Source: a virus
Lineage: Duplodnaviria; Caudoviricetes
Virus record (IMG/VR): IMGVR_UViG_3300023184_009494
Location: 1 to 55,522 of that record
DNA length: 55,522 nt
Strand: one strand, 5' to 3'
In this document: positions 1 to 10,521 of the stretch, piece after piece
How positions within the stretch are numbered: position 1 is the stretch's first letter
Layout of the letters: each line of letters starts with the position of its first letter
The notes under the pieces: model-generated
What the model was told of the DNA's origin: nothing
Seen by the model: the letters and a program-made list of their open reading frames with translations, nothing else
Databases searched by the model: none
Position numbers and translations under genes: made by a program

Positions 1-71
1 TCTAATACAGGTTCATTGCCAATGACGTCTTTAACTGCATCTGTGAAACGTAAGTTTCTTGTGTGACTCAT
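1..71 (-). CDS. Partial CDS running off the window edge (probable virion protein), begins MSHTRNLRFTDAVKDVIGNEPVL
   Basis: ATG at 71-69 overlaps the TGA of the upstream ORF (ATGA at 71-68). The frame is open to position 1. Not in the ORF track. Confidence 0.7.
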   Translation of the reverse strand, partial: MSHTRNLRFTDAVKDVIGNEPVL

Positions 72-2026
72 GTCATGAACTCTCTATTTGACTTTACATA
101 TGACCCATAAAAAGAAATATTGATAGATCCCGTGTTGAACTGAACATCATGGCCGTCGGCGTTCTTAAGATCATAAAAGTAAGAAGAAGAAAGTATTGTG
201 CCGCGACCAACAAGTAAAGATCCTGCATCAGGAAAATCAACTTTTATATTTTTTAGGGCGGGCCTTGTCTTTGAAGCTGCCAATATTAATTTTTGTCCTG
301 GGTATACAAGGTATGGTGACGGGTTTTTATTCCCAGCAAATGATTGTGTATAAAGTAAGAAAGTATCTTCAGAGGGAAAACTTGCTAATTTGGTCGCCAT
401 GTTGGTGACAAAGATCTCTCTTTCTGTTGAACTTGAAACATAATAAGGATTTTTTATATTTTCGACTGCTCTAGTCGGGTCTATCATTGAAAATTCTTTT
501 CCAAATATTGAATTCCCACTTGGTTCAAATCCGGTCAATCCTCGACCCACACAATTAGAAGAAAGAACAGAAGTATTATTGGAATTCCATTTGACAAATT
601 TATTTTGCATAAAAATGTCAAATTTACTAATTAAGTCAGAAGTGTTCATTCCGTAAAATTCATCAAAAGATTTAAATAAAAATCCATTGGAAATTCCTGC
701 AGTGGATTTAATTTGAACACTTCCCGTAAAAAATCTTTTATTAGGATCTGCATCAGCTACATAAGAGACAGAAGCAGCTTCTTTGTTTTCTTCTTGACCT
801 GAAGTCAAAACTATTGTAGGGGCATGATCATCAGGTGTAGCGTAGCAAAATATATCTTTTATCAAATCATCAGAGTGAGTTATTAGATCATGACACACTA
901 TGTCTCTAATCTTTAAAGACCCGTAAGGTTGTTGTGACATTAAAGATAATGTAATCCCAGGCCCTCCTGCATCATAGAACCCAACATAATACCCAGGAGG
1001 TTCAATAGCCGTTCCCATATATGTGTAGTTGTTACCAGAAGATGTTGTTTGTGGAATGATTGTTTTATCAAAAAACCAACTTGATCCAAACATGAACGGT
1101 ATTTCAAATACCACTTTTTCAATTAAAAAGGGTCTGTCTATAGGTAACTCAAATGTCTCATTTGATGAAGCATCATAATCACTATTTCGTGTGATGCTTT
1201 TAGGATAATCACCTGTTGAAATTTCAACACCATTTATCGAATTAATTTCTTTCCCAACCCAATCTGTTGATTGAATAAGATTAGTGGCATTAATTGCATA
1301 TCTATGTGGATCATTACTTCCAGAAATGCATACATTTCCAAAGCAGTCAAATCCGAATCTGTCTTCTGTTGCAAGCCCGCCTATAGTTCCTCCAGCGTAA
1401 TCAATAGTCTTAAAACAGAATTTTTCAAATGGACCAACAATATCATGTTGTGCCGTAGCAGGTATATTCCACTGTCCTTGATTTATATTTAGATAGTAGA
1501 TGCTACTACTATTTGACAACATCTTTGTCTTTTGATTTACTGGAAAAGACATTCTAATCTGTGTCTTGTTCATCAATCCAGTTGAAAAGCTCCCAGGTTC
1601 ACCAATTGATCCAGCAGATCCTGTTGCATAAAATGAATCTAAAAAATTTCCTTGTTCATGTTGGTTAACCTCTTTAAATGCATCTGAAGAAGAACTATAA
1701 AAAGGGTCAATTCCAGAAACCTGTTCATATCTTCCAGGCTTAAGCGTTCCTGTGACAAAGACACCAGATAATTCAGTCATTAATAGATCGTATGATGAAT
1801 TTCCGCCAGGATAAGCAAATAAGTCTGAAAGAGTTTCTACTCCTCTGTATGCATTTCTATTGTTTGTAACATAATTTCTTGGAAGCCCAGATGGCATATC
1901 CATGATTACGCCTGAGACAAAATTCATTGTTTTTTGATCATTAAAAACAATGTCTTGTTTTGATGCAAAATCTACTGAATCATATCTTGCAACTTCTCTT
2001 CTTGGAAGTATCTTTCTTCTTGACAT
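68..2026 (-). CDS. Putative virion structural protein, 652 aa
   Basis: Long ORF coupled to its neighbours in the baseplate operon. S/T/G-rich with beta-type composition. Confidence 0.6.
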   Translation of the reverse strand: MSRRKILPRREVARYDSVDFASKQDIVFNDQKTMNFVSGVIMDMPSGLPRNYVTNNRNAYRGVETLSDLFAYPGGNSSYDLLMTELSGVFVTGTLKPGRYEQVSGIDPFYSSSSDAFKEVNQHEQGNFLDSFYATGSAGSIGEPGSFSTGLMNKTQIRMSFPVNQKTKMLSNSSSIYYLNINQGQWNIPATAQHDIVGPFEKFCFKTIDYAGGTIGGLATEDRFGFDCFGNVCISGSNDPHRYAINATNLIQSTDWVGKEINSINGVEISTGDYPKSITRNSDYDASSNETFELPIDRPFLIEKVVFEIPFMFGSSWFFDKTIIPQTTSSGNNYTYMGTAIEPPGYYVGFYDAGGPGITLSLMSQQPYGSLKIRDIVCHDLITHSDDLIKDIFCYATPDDHAPTIVLTSGQEENKEAASVSYVADADPNKRFFTGSVQIKSTAGISNGFLFKSFDEFYGMNTSDLISKFDIFMQNKFVKWNSNNTSVLSSNCVGRGLTGFEPSGNSIFGKEFSMIDPTRAVENIKNPYYVSSSTEREIFVTNMATKLASFPSEDTFLLYTQSFAGNKNPSPYLVYPGQKLILAASKTRPALKNIKVDFPDAGSLLVGRGTILSSSYFYDLKNADGHDVQFNTGSINISFYGSYVKSNREFMT

Positions 2027-3066
2027 CAGTAAGTTAAGCCTCCGTAAGCTATTGAATCTGTACCATTTTGGCTGATGTTATCATACATAAATCCCGTTGA
2101 TGCGGATTTTTCTTTTTTTGAAATATAGGTTGTTCCCTGTCCGCGCATTTTGTTTACAACTTCAATTAAGTCAGAAGTATAATTTGAAGTTGTATCTGTG
2201 CCTCGTGGAGGAACTTTATCTTCAAAAGGAGCTAAATAATTTACTCCGTCATTAAAGTAAAAAATGCTTGAACCTAAATGACGAACAACATCTCCCTCGT
2301 CATTTTGCATTGTTATGTCTTCTCCAAGATCCAAGAACACATTGTTGTTCTGTCTTGTTGGTTCGTAATAATCTACAGATGTAATATAATCTGAAGCCAA
2401 GAACATTGTTGAATTTCCGCTTCCAAATTGTCCTCTGACTCCTTGAGGCTCAAAGGGAACGTTAATGCTAAATTTTGAAATTATAGGTCTAATTGGAAAT
2501 GGCTCTATGATGCCGTTGAGAATATAATTTTCTAACTGATTTGAATCATTAGTCACAATAGGAAATGTGATCATGTTCTCAATAGGTTTATCTTCTTCTT
2601 GTAATCCAATAAAGTAAATTGGATTGAATATGTCAATTTCTTGATAGTAATCTTTATCAACGACGCTTATTTCGCTGACGCCAAGGCAAAGTGGTTTTAT
2701 TAAGTGACCAGGAGTTCCTGCTGATATCTTGACTGTTCCTGCAATCCAATGATTAAAATTAGTAATTTCAATACCATTTCTATAAGAATCTAGATTTACA
2801 GACGATGAAAGATAATTGTGACTCTTTGGAGTAGTTGAAGATTTTGCTCTAGTTTGTCCTCTTCCAAAGAGTCCCGCGACATTAATCGATCCAGAAACTG
2901 CTCTTGCAATTGATCGATCAACAAAATAAGAAGTATCTTTTAGTCTAATCTGTTCTTTTGTTGAAAAATAGCTTTCATCACAATCAATTGATATAAAAGA
3001 TATGTCTTTTTTAAAACCTCTGTCATTTGACTTTGGTTTTTGTGAAGGTTCTGAAGAATCTGTCAT
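2026..3066 (-). CDS. Putative virion structural protein, 346 aa
   Basis: Long ORF with a 1-nt stop/start overlap with the next gene, in structural-gene context. Confidence 0.55.
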   Translation of the reverse strand: MTDSSEPSQKPKSNDRGFKKDISFISIDCDESYFSTKEQIRLKDTSYFVDRSIARAVSGSINVAGLFGRGQTRAKSSTTPKSHNYLSSSVNLDSYRNGIEITNFNHWIAGTVKISAGTPGHLIKPLCLGVSEISVVDKDYYQEIDIFNPIYFIGLQEEDKPIENMITFPIVTNDSNQLENYILNGIIEPFPIRPIISKFSINVPFEPQGVRGQFGSGNSTMFLASDYITSVDYYEPTRQNNNVFLDLGEDITMQNDEGDVVRHLGSSIFYFNDGVNYLAPFEDKVPPRGTDTTSNYTSDLIEVVNKMRGQGTTYISKKEKSASTGFMYDNISQNGTDSIAYGGLTY

Positions 3067-3075
3067 AGGAAAACC

Positions 3076-6000
3076 TTAATATTTCTTTAAAGATCCAACA
3101 ATCTGTTGCACCAATAAACTATCGTTGATAACCTGTTTATCGCCCATGTAGTTTTCACTATGTCTATACTCCGTCTTGTGACGCTCTAAAATATGAGATT
3201 CTATAACAAAGTTTGTTCCTTTGTATTTTGTCTTGCCAGGAACAATCTGTTCTATAAACGATGAAATAGATCCGTCAAACCATCTATAAAATTCTAGAAA
3301 TTTTCTAAAATTCATTTTTTCTGAGAGTCTATTAAAGTAAACATCTCTTAGATTTTCTAGATCTGGATAGTCTGGAGAGAACATGAGGTCCGGATTTCCG
3401 ATTGCATTTCCTATAACTTCAAATGATGAGAACATATTAATGATATCTCTGTCAAGAGCATCTGCTAAAGAAAATTCGATTGATAGTCTAACATCGTCTA
3501 CAGGTTCTTCTTGTGCAAAGGCACTTCTATGAGCATACGAAGGTACTGATGATGCCCATGGGTTTTCATTGATTAGAACAGGGTCTTCAAAGCTTCTAAT
3601 TCTTATTTTGTCATCTGTTGATGCTTCATCAAAAGCAGGAGAGAGATAGCCGTAGCTAAACATGTCTCCAATAACAACTTCTGATCCTGTAACAAATCCT
3701 GTCCCAGACAAGAACATGTTATGTTGACTATAGTCGACGAAAGATATGTTTCCTAAAGAGTCAGCATTTCTATCTATCTGTTTTGACAGAGAATCTATTC
3801 TAAGTTTATTGTAAGAACCAGATATATTCTTGACAAAGTTATATTCTACGAATGGATCAGAAGCACCAGTAGATTTGTAATTTCTGACATGCTCTTTCCA
3901 TTCTTCGTCATTGACAAATTTTGACCAAAATCTAAAATTTGAAGCCCACCCTATAAAGTCAGAAGTTCTAGCTATATTATCTGAAACTGAAGTTGTATCA
4001 TTTAAGAAAGAATATCCTGCGCTAGAATTTATTTGTTGATTGTTACCGATGCTTACAAATGTTCCTGATGCATTTAAAGTTGAAGATATTGTTCTAAATG
4101 CATTTCCTTCAGATGCAGCCTGCTCATTGAAAAAAGTCTCTGTCTGATCTATAAAAACTAAGTCACCCCATTCTGATTTCCCGGCTCTAAGGCAATATGA
4201 AGATGAAAGATAATCCAAACCAATTTCATCAGATCTTTTATGACCAAAAGAAATGTTCCATTTGTCACCGTCAAAAATGCCTAATCCAGGCAAATTTAAA
4301 GACATGGAAAGAACAGGTGAAGCAGAGCTCATTCCCGACCGAGCATAGGCTTTTATTTGAGCAGGTACTCCCTTTTTCTTTTGAGTTGCAACAACATTGA
4401 CAAGAAGACCAGGGTGTGAATTTAATGAACTTCCTGTAACAAGCATTCTAAATAGAGATTGATTTACAGTGTTATTTAATTTATTTTTTGGAAATTTATA
4501 TAAAGCTTCTACAGTCCATGATCCTGAAGTCAATAGGCCGTCCGACAGATTTGTTGTTCCTAGATTATTACCCAATGAGTCATGATAAAAGCTTCCTGCT
4601 GGCAATGGAAAACCAGGTTCAAGTCTTGAAGAAGACAAATAAGGAGTTGACACAAGTGAAGAACCGATAAAATCGATCATTGCACCTAACTCCATCTTTT
4701 TTTCTCTTGAATTTGTTAGAGACTTTGTTGTGCTTCCGCCATATTCTCTAATTTTTAGACTATTGTCAGGATCTATTCCTACAGACCTAAGGAACGTTCT
4801 AATGCTATGTTGTGTTCCTTTTGACCTAATAACTTGAGGTATATTTACAAGAATTCTTCTAAGAATTAGAGCTTGTAATTTCTTTAGAGGAAGATTTTCA
4901 TCTGACGAAGTTGTATATCCATCGATATCTTCGGCTTCTGAATATTGAGCAATAGTTGAACTATTAAAGAACGGCGGTATATAGAATCCATAGCTTCTCA
5001 CTATGTCTTCAAGAAAATTGTCAGGTACTGTGTCAATTGTATCGTAATCAACGGTTCTAAGAGTTCCAAATGCATCAATAAACAACTTAATATCATCAAA
5101 AAATTTTGCCCAAATATAGAGGAAAGAAAGAATTATTTGAGCTGAACCTTTTTGACCTTGCCCAGGTATTCCTGATCCACCATATGCATCTCCTGAATTT
5201 CCTTCTATGTTTTCAAATCCATCCTGTGATGCTCCTTCAAGCAAATAATGCTGAGGAATAAGTTTTAGAATAATGTTTGGATTTGCTGCATCATAGCTTT
5301 TTGCTGTTGCAAGCAATGTTTCATTTAGGTTCATTATGTTTGGTGAGGCTGGAAATAGAATTTTTTTGAATTCTTGTCTTTCATTTTTAACAGGATTTAA
5401 AGTGTCAAGAGATGCATCAACTCTCAGACTTCCTGTAAAGTTCATAATTGTAGAGTGTAAAGAGTTTCCTGAACTATCAAGAACAACGGCATTTACAGCG
5501 TCATTTGGTGAAAACAAAGATAGCGGCGGAGGAGGCTCATTAAATCTGTAATATAACTTTAACTCAGGTATTGAATATAGACCCCGCGTAGCATTTGTGC
5601 GCTGTTGGCTTTCATTTCTTGCAGAATGAAATATTCTTAATTCGTCAAGTGTTCCGCTTAGCGTTTGAGATGGCACAACAAGGTTTCCCATAGAATAAAA
5701 AGAAGATCCTGAGCCAATTAAAAGATCTACTGCATCAATATTTAATTTTCTGATATTAACTGAATTAATGCTTTGATTTGCTAGTGCTTCATTGACATAG
5801 AATTGCAAATAATTTTGTGAATCTGAGTTTTCTTTATTTATTGTTGCACAGATATGATTATAAGATCCTTTGCTTAGAATTGTAGTTACCTTATTTCTAA
5901 AAGATCCAGAAGTTATGCATAAACTAGCTGTTGCATATATTGTTGAAACTGTAGGTTCAAGATAAAGAGAAAAACCTTCAGATTCTGATGAAATTTTCTG

Positions 6001-6591
6001 CAAAATTACCTGACTATCATTTGCAATTGTCGGTAAGAACAATTGAGCTTCTATTGTAAATGACTTGTCGGGATTTGGAGTTATAACGGGATCACCAAGC
6101 GAATTTTTTGATAATTCAGGATACAGGAAACCAGTTTTATCTTTTACAGAAATCCATGTTCCAAGATTTGCAAGATATCCATTTGATGGATCCTCTCCAA
6201 CTTTAGTACCTGAAAATTGAAGAGCACCTGACCATGTTGGAAAATTATCAAATACCCATTTTTCAAAACCATTGATTTTCTCTAAAAATGATTCAACTTC
6301 TTTTTTTGATCCATCAAAAGGAAAGCTATTAATAATATTGTTAAATGCTTCGTTTACTTTTACTTCTGCTGAAGAGAAAAAAGTATGATTTTCAAATTTT
6401 GACCAATCAACATTTAGTTGTTGCGTATTCTTTAGTGGGTAACTAAGTGGATCATACTTAAATGACCCTGAATCTCTTGAATTTGTATTATCAAGATTTG
6501 CATCCTGATAATTCATCTGAACAGGTCTTGCATCAAGCTGCGAAGCACGCATCCATGCCGGCGTATATGGTTGTTTTGATCTCGTCGACAT
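3076..6591 (-). CDS. Baseplate wedge-like virion protein with LamG/concanavalin A-like domain(s), 1171 aa
   Basis: LamG-like motifs FTIEAQL, YNHICAT, LQFYVN, LSGTLDELRIF, LKLYYRFNE, VLDSSGNSLH. The IRSKGTQHSIRTFLRSVGI segment resembles the KGT motif of P2 gpI/T4 gp7-type wedge proteins. Lies downstream of the gp6-like gene. Confidence 0.7.
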   Translation of the reverse strand: MSTRSKQPYTPAWMRASQLDARPVQMNYQDANLDNTNSRDSGSFKYDPLSYPLKNTQQLNVDWSKFENHTFFSSAEVKVNEAFNNIINSFPFDGSKKEVESFLEKINGFEKWVFDNFPTWSGALQFSGTKVGEDPSNGYLANLGTWISVKDKTGFLYPELSKNSLGDPVITPNPDKSFTIEAQLFLPTIANDSQVILQKISSESEGFSLYLEPTVSTIYATASLCITSGSFRNKVTTILSKGSYNHICATINKENSDSQNYLQFYVNEALANQSINSVNIRKLNIDAVDLLIGSGSSFYSMGNLVVPSQTLSGTLDELRIFHSARNESQQRTNATRGLYSIPELKLYYRFNEPPPPLSLFSPNDAVNAVVLDSSGNSLHSTIMNFTGSLRVDASLDTLNPVKNERQEFKKILFPASPNIMNLNETLLATAKSYDAANPNIILKLIPQHYLLEGASQDGFENIEGNSGDAYGGSGIPGQGQKGSAQIILSFLYIWAKFFDDIKLFIDAFGTLRTVDYDTIDTVPDNFLEDIVRSYGFYIPPFFNSSTIAQYSEAEDIDGYTTSSDENLPLKKLQALILRRILVNIPQVIRSKGTQHSIRTFLRSVGIDPDNSLKIREYGGSTTKSLTNSREKKMELGAMIDFIGSSLVSTPYLSSSRLEPGFPLPAGSFYHDSLGNNLGTTNLSDGLLTSGSWTVEALYKFPKNKLNNTVNQSLFRMLVTGSSLNSHPGLLVNVVATQKKKGVPAQIKAYARSGMSSASPVLSMSLNLPGLGIFDGDKWNISFGHKRSDEIGLDYLSSSYCLRAGKSEWGDLVFIDQTETFFNEQAASEGNAFRTISSTLNASGTFVSIGNNQQINSSAGYSFLNDTTSVSDNIARTSDFIGWASNFRFWSKFVNDEEWKEHVRNYKSTGASDPFVEYNFVKNISGSYNKLRIDSLSKQIDRNADSLGNISFVDYSQHNMFLSGTGFVTGSEVVIGDMFSYGYLSPAFDEASTDDKIRIRSFEDPVLINENPWASSVPSYAHRSAFAQEEPVDDVRLSIEFSLADALDRDIINMFSSFEVIGNAIGNPDLMFSPDYPDLENLRDVYFNRLSEKMNFRKFLEFYRWFDGSISSFIEQIVPGKTKYKGTNFVIESHILERHKTEYRHSENYMGDKQVINDSLLVQQIVGSLKKY

Positions 6592-6603
6592 TCGAGTTTT
6601 CTC

Positions 6604-8097
6604 TTAATCTATTCTAAATGATGTAGAAGCACTGGGAAAAAATAATTTACTGCCATTCAAAGATAACATTATATCAACTATATACACTCTTCCAACCAAC
6701 AGAGGAGAAGTATAGAGAATAAAAAACATTCCTGAAGCATCACTAGATACTTTTGTTGAATTCATTATGTCGTCAAAAGGAACAACAATTTCTTTTGTTG
6801 CAGTATCTCTTATGCTGTAAAAAACATTTTTAAGGACAACACCTGGAAGATCAACAGGTAGCTTTACAACTTTTATTAAAGGAGTATTTTTATCAAATAT
6901 GTTAACTCTAAAATTTGGATTATTTCCTTTAAGGTAGGCATTCTGAACACCTGTAACACTGACTTGAAACCTTGAAGAACTTTGTGACGTAGACGTTCTA
7001 TTTGGTTTTCTAACTATAACATCATCACCTGTCGAATAGACAACAGACAAATCATTTGAAACCCATTGAGTATGAAATTTTACTGAACCTGATTCCAATA
7101 TTTTTGAAGAAATAACCGGGTCATTTGAAGGAACTACAATTGTAGAGCTATAAACACCAGTAACATGATTTATTCCTCTTGAAAATTGTGATCCAGAGTA
7201 ATAAAGGTCATAGCTTCCACTTGGGTATTCTGTTGAAAGCTTAAAGGTTAGACTGTTATTTCCTGATATCTCAGAGCTTGATGAAACAATATTTTTAACT
7301 TGACCTTGCACGTAATTATAGAGATTTATACTGCACGAAGTGTCAAAGACTAAATTTAGAGTATCATCATTTATTGAATCATTGTAGCCGTAAACGAGCT
7401 GAGGTCTTTTGCTTTCATCATAAGCGTGGCGACTTCCAAATCTTTTAACAAAATAAGTTCTGTTATCTGTCTCTAGTTGTGATGCAAAAGATAACCTAAA
7501 ACCTTGATCAGGTAATTCTTTTGACAAAGTTGAAGATAATATTTTTGTAACATCAATTAGAAGATCTTCTGTTCCAGATTTAAAAAATTGCGTACATTTG
7601 GTTGTTACAAAAGATGCTGATCCAGTGATATAATCTCCAGGTGAAGAAGCAGCTGTTGAAAGATTGCAACCAGGCAAGAACCACTCTTTACCAAATGAAG
7701 ATGATAACCAGTTGCACGAATCTTTGTCTGAATAATATGACGAATCTTTTCCTGAACCCTCTTCAAAAGAAGCGGAAAGTGGGTATAAGTCGACATTAAA
7801 ATTGACTGGATTTGTTTGACCTCCAAAGACATCTTTAAGCGAAATTTTGCACCAAAAACTTGAATCATTGACATCAATAAGCCCTGAAGATACGTCATCT
7901 TTTAGTTGCTGTAAGTCAAAATGAATTAAAAGACGAGATAATTCAGTATTTTTAATATTGTTTGTTTTTGTAACTCCATAAAGCTTGAACAAGTCAAGAG
8001 ATGCTGCAAGACCTATGTTTGACGAAACAACAGGAACTGAATTAACAATTTTATTTGTAACATATGAATCTTTATCGGCTGGAAGAGATTTATACAT
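6604..8097 (-). CDS. Putative virion structural protein, 497 aa
   Basis: Located between baseplate genes. N-terminal beta-sandwich-like segment (ADKDSYV...SRLLIHFDL...RPQLVYGY). Confidence 0.55.
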   Translation of the reverse strand: MYKSLPADKDSYVTNKIVNSVPVVSSNIGLAASLDLFKLYGVTKTNNIKNTELSRLLIHFDLQQLKDDVSSGLIDVNDSSFWCKISLKDVFGGQTNPVNFNVDLYPLSASFEEGSGKDSSYYSDKDSCNWLSSSFGKEWFLPGCNLSTAASSPGDYITGSASFVTTKCTQFFKSGTEDLLIDVTKILSSTLSKELPDQGFRLSFASQLETDNRTYFVKRFGSRHAYDESKRPQLVYGYNDSINDDTLNLVFDTSCSINLYNYVQGQVKNIVSSSSEISGNNSLTFKLSTEYPSGSYDLYYSGSQFSRGINHVTGVYSSTIVVPSNDPVISSKILESGSVKFHTQWVSNDLSVVYSTGDDVIVRKPNRTSTSQSSSRFQVSVTGVQNAYLKGNNPNFRVNIFDKNTPLIKVVKLPVDLPGVVLKNVFYSIRDTATKEIVVPFDDIMNSTKVSSDASGMFFILYTSPLLVGRVYIVDIMLSLNGSKLFFPSASTSFRID

Positions 8098-9952
8098 TTG
8101 AAACTGCCTTCCCTGTTATGTTTATATCCGGATATTTGACTTCAAATATAGCACCTGTAGGTGGATAAAGAATTTGATTTCTAGTATTAAGTTGAACATC
8201 AAAAGCAATTGGTGAATATTGCTTGTTTTTTACTGTGCCATACATGTTATTGAACTGTATCTTATCAACCGCTATGACTCCGGGTTTAGAGAAAATTATA
8301 CTAATAATGTCAGACATTACTATTGGTTGATTTATATGAAAATTCTTTACATTAAAATAAGATTGAAGATCTGATATTATGCTTTGTAAAAGCGTGCTCT
8401 TATTGAGCGCAGGATCTGCTACAATTTGAAAATATAGTTCTAAATTAATAATTGCAGCGTCTAAAACGTCAATTGCATCTGAAATCATTCTATAAGAATT
8501 TAGATATCTTTTAAGATTTATCTTAAGTGCATCAGGTGAAGATATTAGCTCCTGATTTGAATTTCTTGAAACTATAAATAGTTGAGCTGCAAGAGGATTG
8601 TTTGGATTCTTTGAAACAGAAGCTCTAAAAACTCTTCCAAAGTTACTTGGCATTGAATACACTCGAGCCATTAAGTCTTCTTTTGTTACAATTCTTTCTT
8701 GTGAATTTTTGACTGAAGGTACAAGTGCTAAAAGTTGGTCTGTTGTCGGTGGATCCTCGCCGCCAGCCGCATCTTTAGGATTTGATACTTCGAGACTTCC
8801 TCTTACTTGTGACTGTAGAGATGTTGATGGATTTTCTGGAAATATCATCGATATATTTAAAGTATCTCTAATGGACTTAGGAGGCACATTGTGTTCGAGA
8901 CCTCCTCCGTATCTATAAGTTATAGCAAGCGATGTATTTGATGCAGCAACACCAAGCGTTGCAGTTTTTAACATTTTTTGAGGATTAATAGATACTCTAG
9001 AGAAAGTCTGCGAATATGGTAGAGCAATTGCAAATTCTGAAGGATCTGGGATAACGTCATCTTCAAGACTGTTAGCCGTTCCTCCACCTAGTGTTAAAGT
9101 TGTACTTCTATTGCCAAGAGACATTTCTCTTGTAAATCTGTATGGAGCAGGAACTACTTTTAGAGCATCTTTGACTAAAGCATTGTTTCCTGATACATTA
9201 AGAACATTTTTATAAACAACGTCATTTGAAAGGCTGTCAACTTCATAGTATGAATTTCCAAAACCATCAATTATTGAAATTATTTCAGTAACATCTTTTC
9301 GAGAAAGAGTTAGTCTTCTAAACGGTATAAAACTATTTAAAGAAAAGCTTTCGGTTGTTTCTGTTCCTGAGCTACAAAGTCCGCTTTTCTTAAGAATTTT
9401 TGAAACAATATTTCCGCCTATTTTTCTTCCATTTGTAATTAATACATTTTTATCAACAGATATTAAGCCGTTTGAAACATCTAAATTCCAAAATTGAACA
9501 TCTTCTACAAGAGAAAATTGTATTCCTGAGTCTGATCTAACTAATCCACCTGCTGAAATTGTTGGTAAAAGAGAAGGATCAGGAGTTAAATTTCCGTCTT
9601 CAAGAACAGGCACTTCAATATAAAAATCAACATAAACAAGAGCAGGAGATGATCCCACTATAGGAATTCCTGCATTTTTTATTATTTTTTCAATATTATT
9701 GGTCTCTGTTGCCGTATCATAGTTTAGCTCTCCATACAAATGATCCATGTAGAAAGACATGTTATCACCGATATAGGCAGCCATATCCATTAACAGACCT
9801 CCCATAGATGATTCAGAAAAATCTTGAATTCTATCTGGGTAATATTGCCTAGCATAATCTAGAATAACAGTTCTAAATCCATCAAAGTCTCTTGCAAGAT
9901 AATTTCTTTGACGTATATTCTTTAGAGCTGTATTGTTGTCATTTGATGCCAT
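8090..9952 (-). CDS. Baseplate wedge subunit (T4 gp6 / Baseplate J-like)
   Basis: N-terminal NYLARDFDGFR...DFSESSMGGLLMDMAAYIGDNMSFYMD, plus YRYGGG, AAGGEDP and SQERIVTKEDL, all typical of gp6/J proteins. Adjacent to a gp25-like gene. Confidence 0.88.
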   Translation of the reverse strand: MASNDNNTALKNIRQRNYLARDFDGFRTVILDYARQYYPDRIQDFSESSMGGLLMDMAAYIGDNMSFYMDHLYGELNYDTATETNNIEKIIKNAGIPIVGSSPALVYVDFYIEVPVLEDGNLTPDPSLLPTISAGGLVRSDSGIQFSLVEDVQFWNLDVSNGLISVDKNVLITNGRKIGGNIVSKILKKSGLCSSGTETTESFSLNSFIPFRRLTLSRKDVTEIISIIDGFGNSYYEVDSLSNDVVYKNVLNVSGNNALVKDALKVVPAPYRFTREMSLGNRSTTLTLGGGTANSLEDDVIPDPSEFAIALPYSQTFSRVSINPQKMLKTATLGVAASNTSLAITYRYGGGLEHNVPPKSIRDTLNISMIFPENPSTSLQSQVRGSLEVSNPKDAAGGEDPPTTDQLLALVPSVKNSQERIVTKEDLMARVYSMPSNFGRVFRASVSKNPNNPLAAQLFIVSRNSNQELISSPDALKINLKRYLNSYRMISDAIDVLDAAIINLELYFQIVADPALNKSTLLQSIISDLQSYFNVKNFHINQPIVMSDIISIIFSKPGVIAVDKIQFNNMYGTVKNKQYSPIAFDVQLNTRNQILYPPTGAIFEVKYPDINITGKAVSNV

Positions 9953-9990
9953 TTTTTCCTAAATTTATCAATAATAAATAAAAAGTATCG

Positions 9991-10458
9991 TCAAATTGCA
10001 TATAAAACTATTTGAAGACGCTTATTTTTAACTTGAAGTGCTGAAATATTATATGAAATTGTAATCTTAATGGTTGCTGTATTTTTATTTTCATTTCTAT
10101 CTGTAGTAGAAGAGAAATCTTCTAAATCAATGAAAGGCATCCACGTTTCAACGGCCGTTTTTATTCTTGCTATTGCCTCATTGTCAAAATCATCTTGAGA
10201 TACAAGCTCAGTTGTAATTGGCTTTAAGTTTGCTCCAAATTTATAAATTCCAAGCCTTTCACCCCAATTTGTTAGCAATAAATTTCTAAGATTATCTGCA
10301 AATTGACTTTCAAGACTATAGTTCATAGATAGAATACCTTCAGTAGTTCCTAGCTGAAGTGGCGTCTTTATACCGTAAGGAATTTGAGTAGCTTTTAAGG
10401 TCTCTAGCGCTATTTGCTCTTGAGTTTTTCCTACGCTTTTAAAACTATAAGACGACAT
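9991..10458 (-). CDS. Baseplate wedge / sheath initiator, gp25-like (GPW_gp25)
   Basis: NLRNLLLTNWGER...FGANL...IKTAVETWMPFI signature. Immediately upstream of the gp6-like gene. Confidence 0.88.
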   Translation of the reverse strand: MSSYSFKSVGKTQEQIALETLKATQIPYGIKTPLQLGTTEGILSMNYSLESQFADNLRNLLLTNWGERLGIYKFGANLKPITTELVSQDDFDNEAIARIKTAVETWMPFIDLEDFSSTTDRNENKNTATIKITISYNISALQVKNKRLQIVLYAI

Positions 10459-10521
10459 AATTGTAAATATAACATCGCAAGACTACAGGCATGACAATTA
10501 TTATGTTCAGATATATCATAT

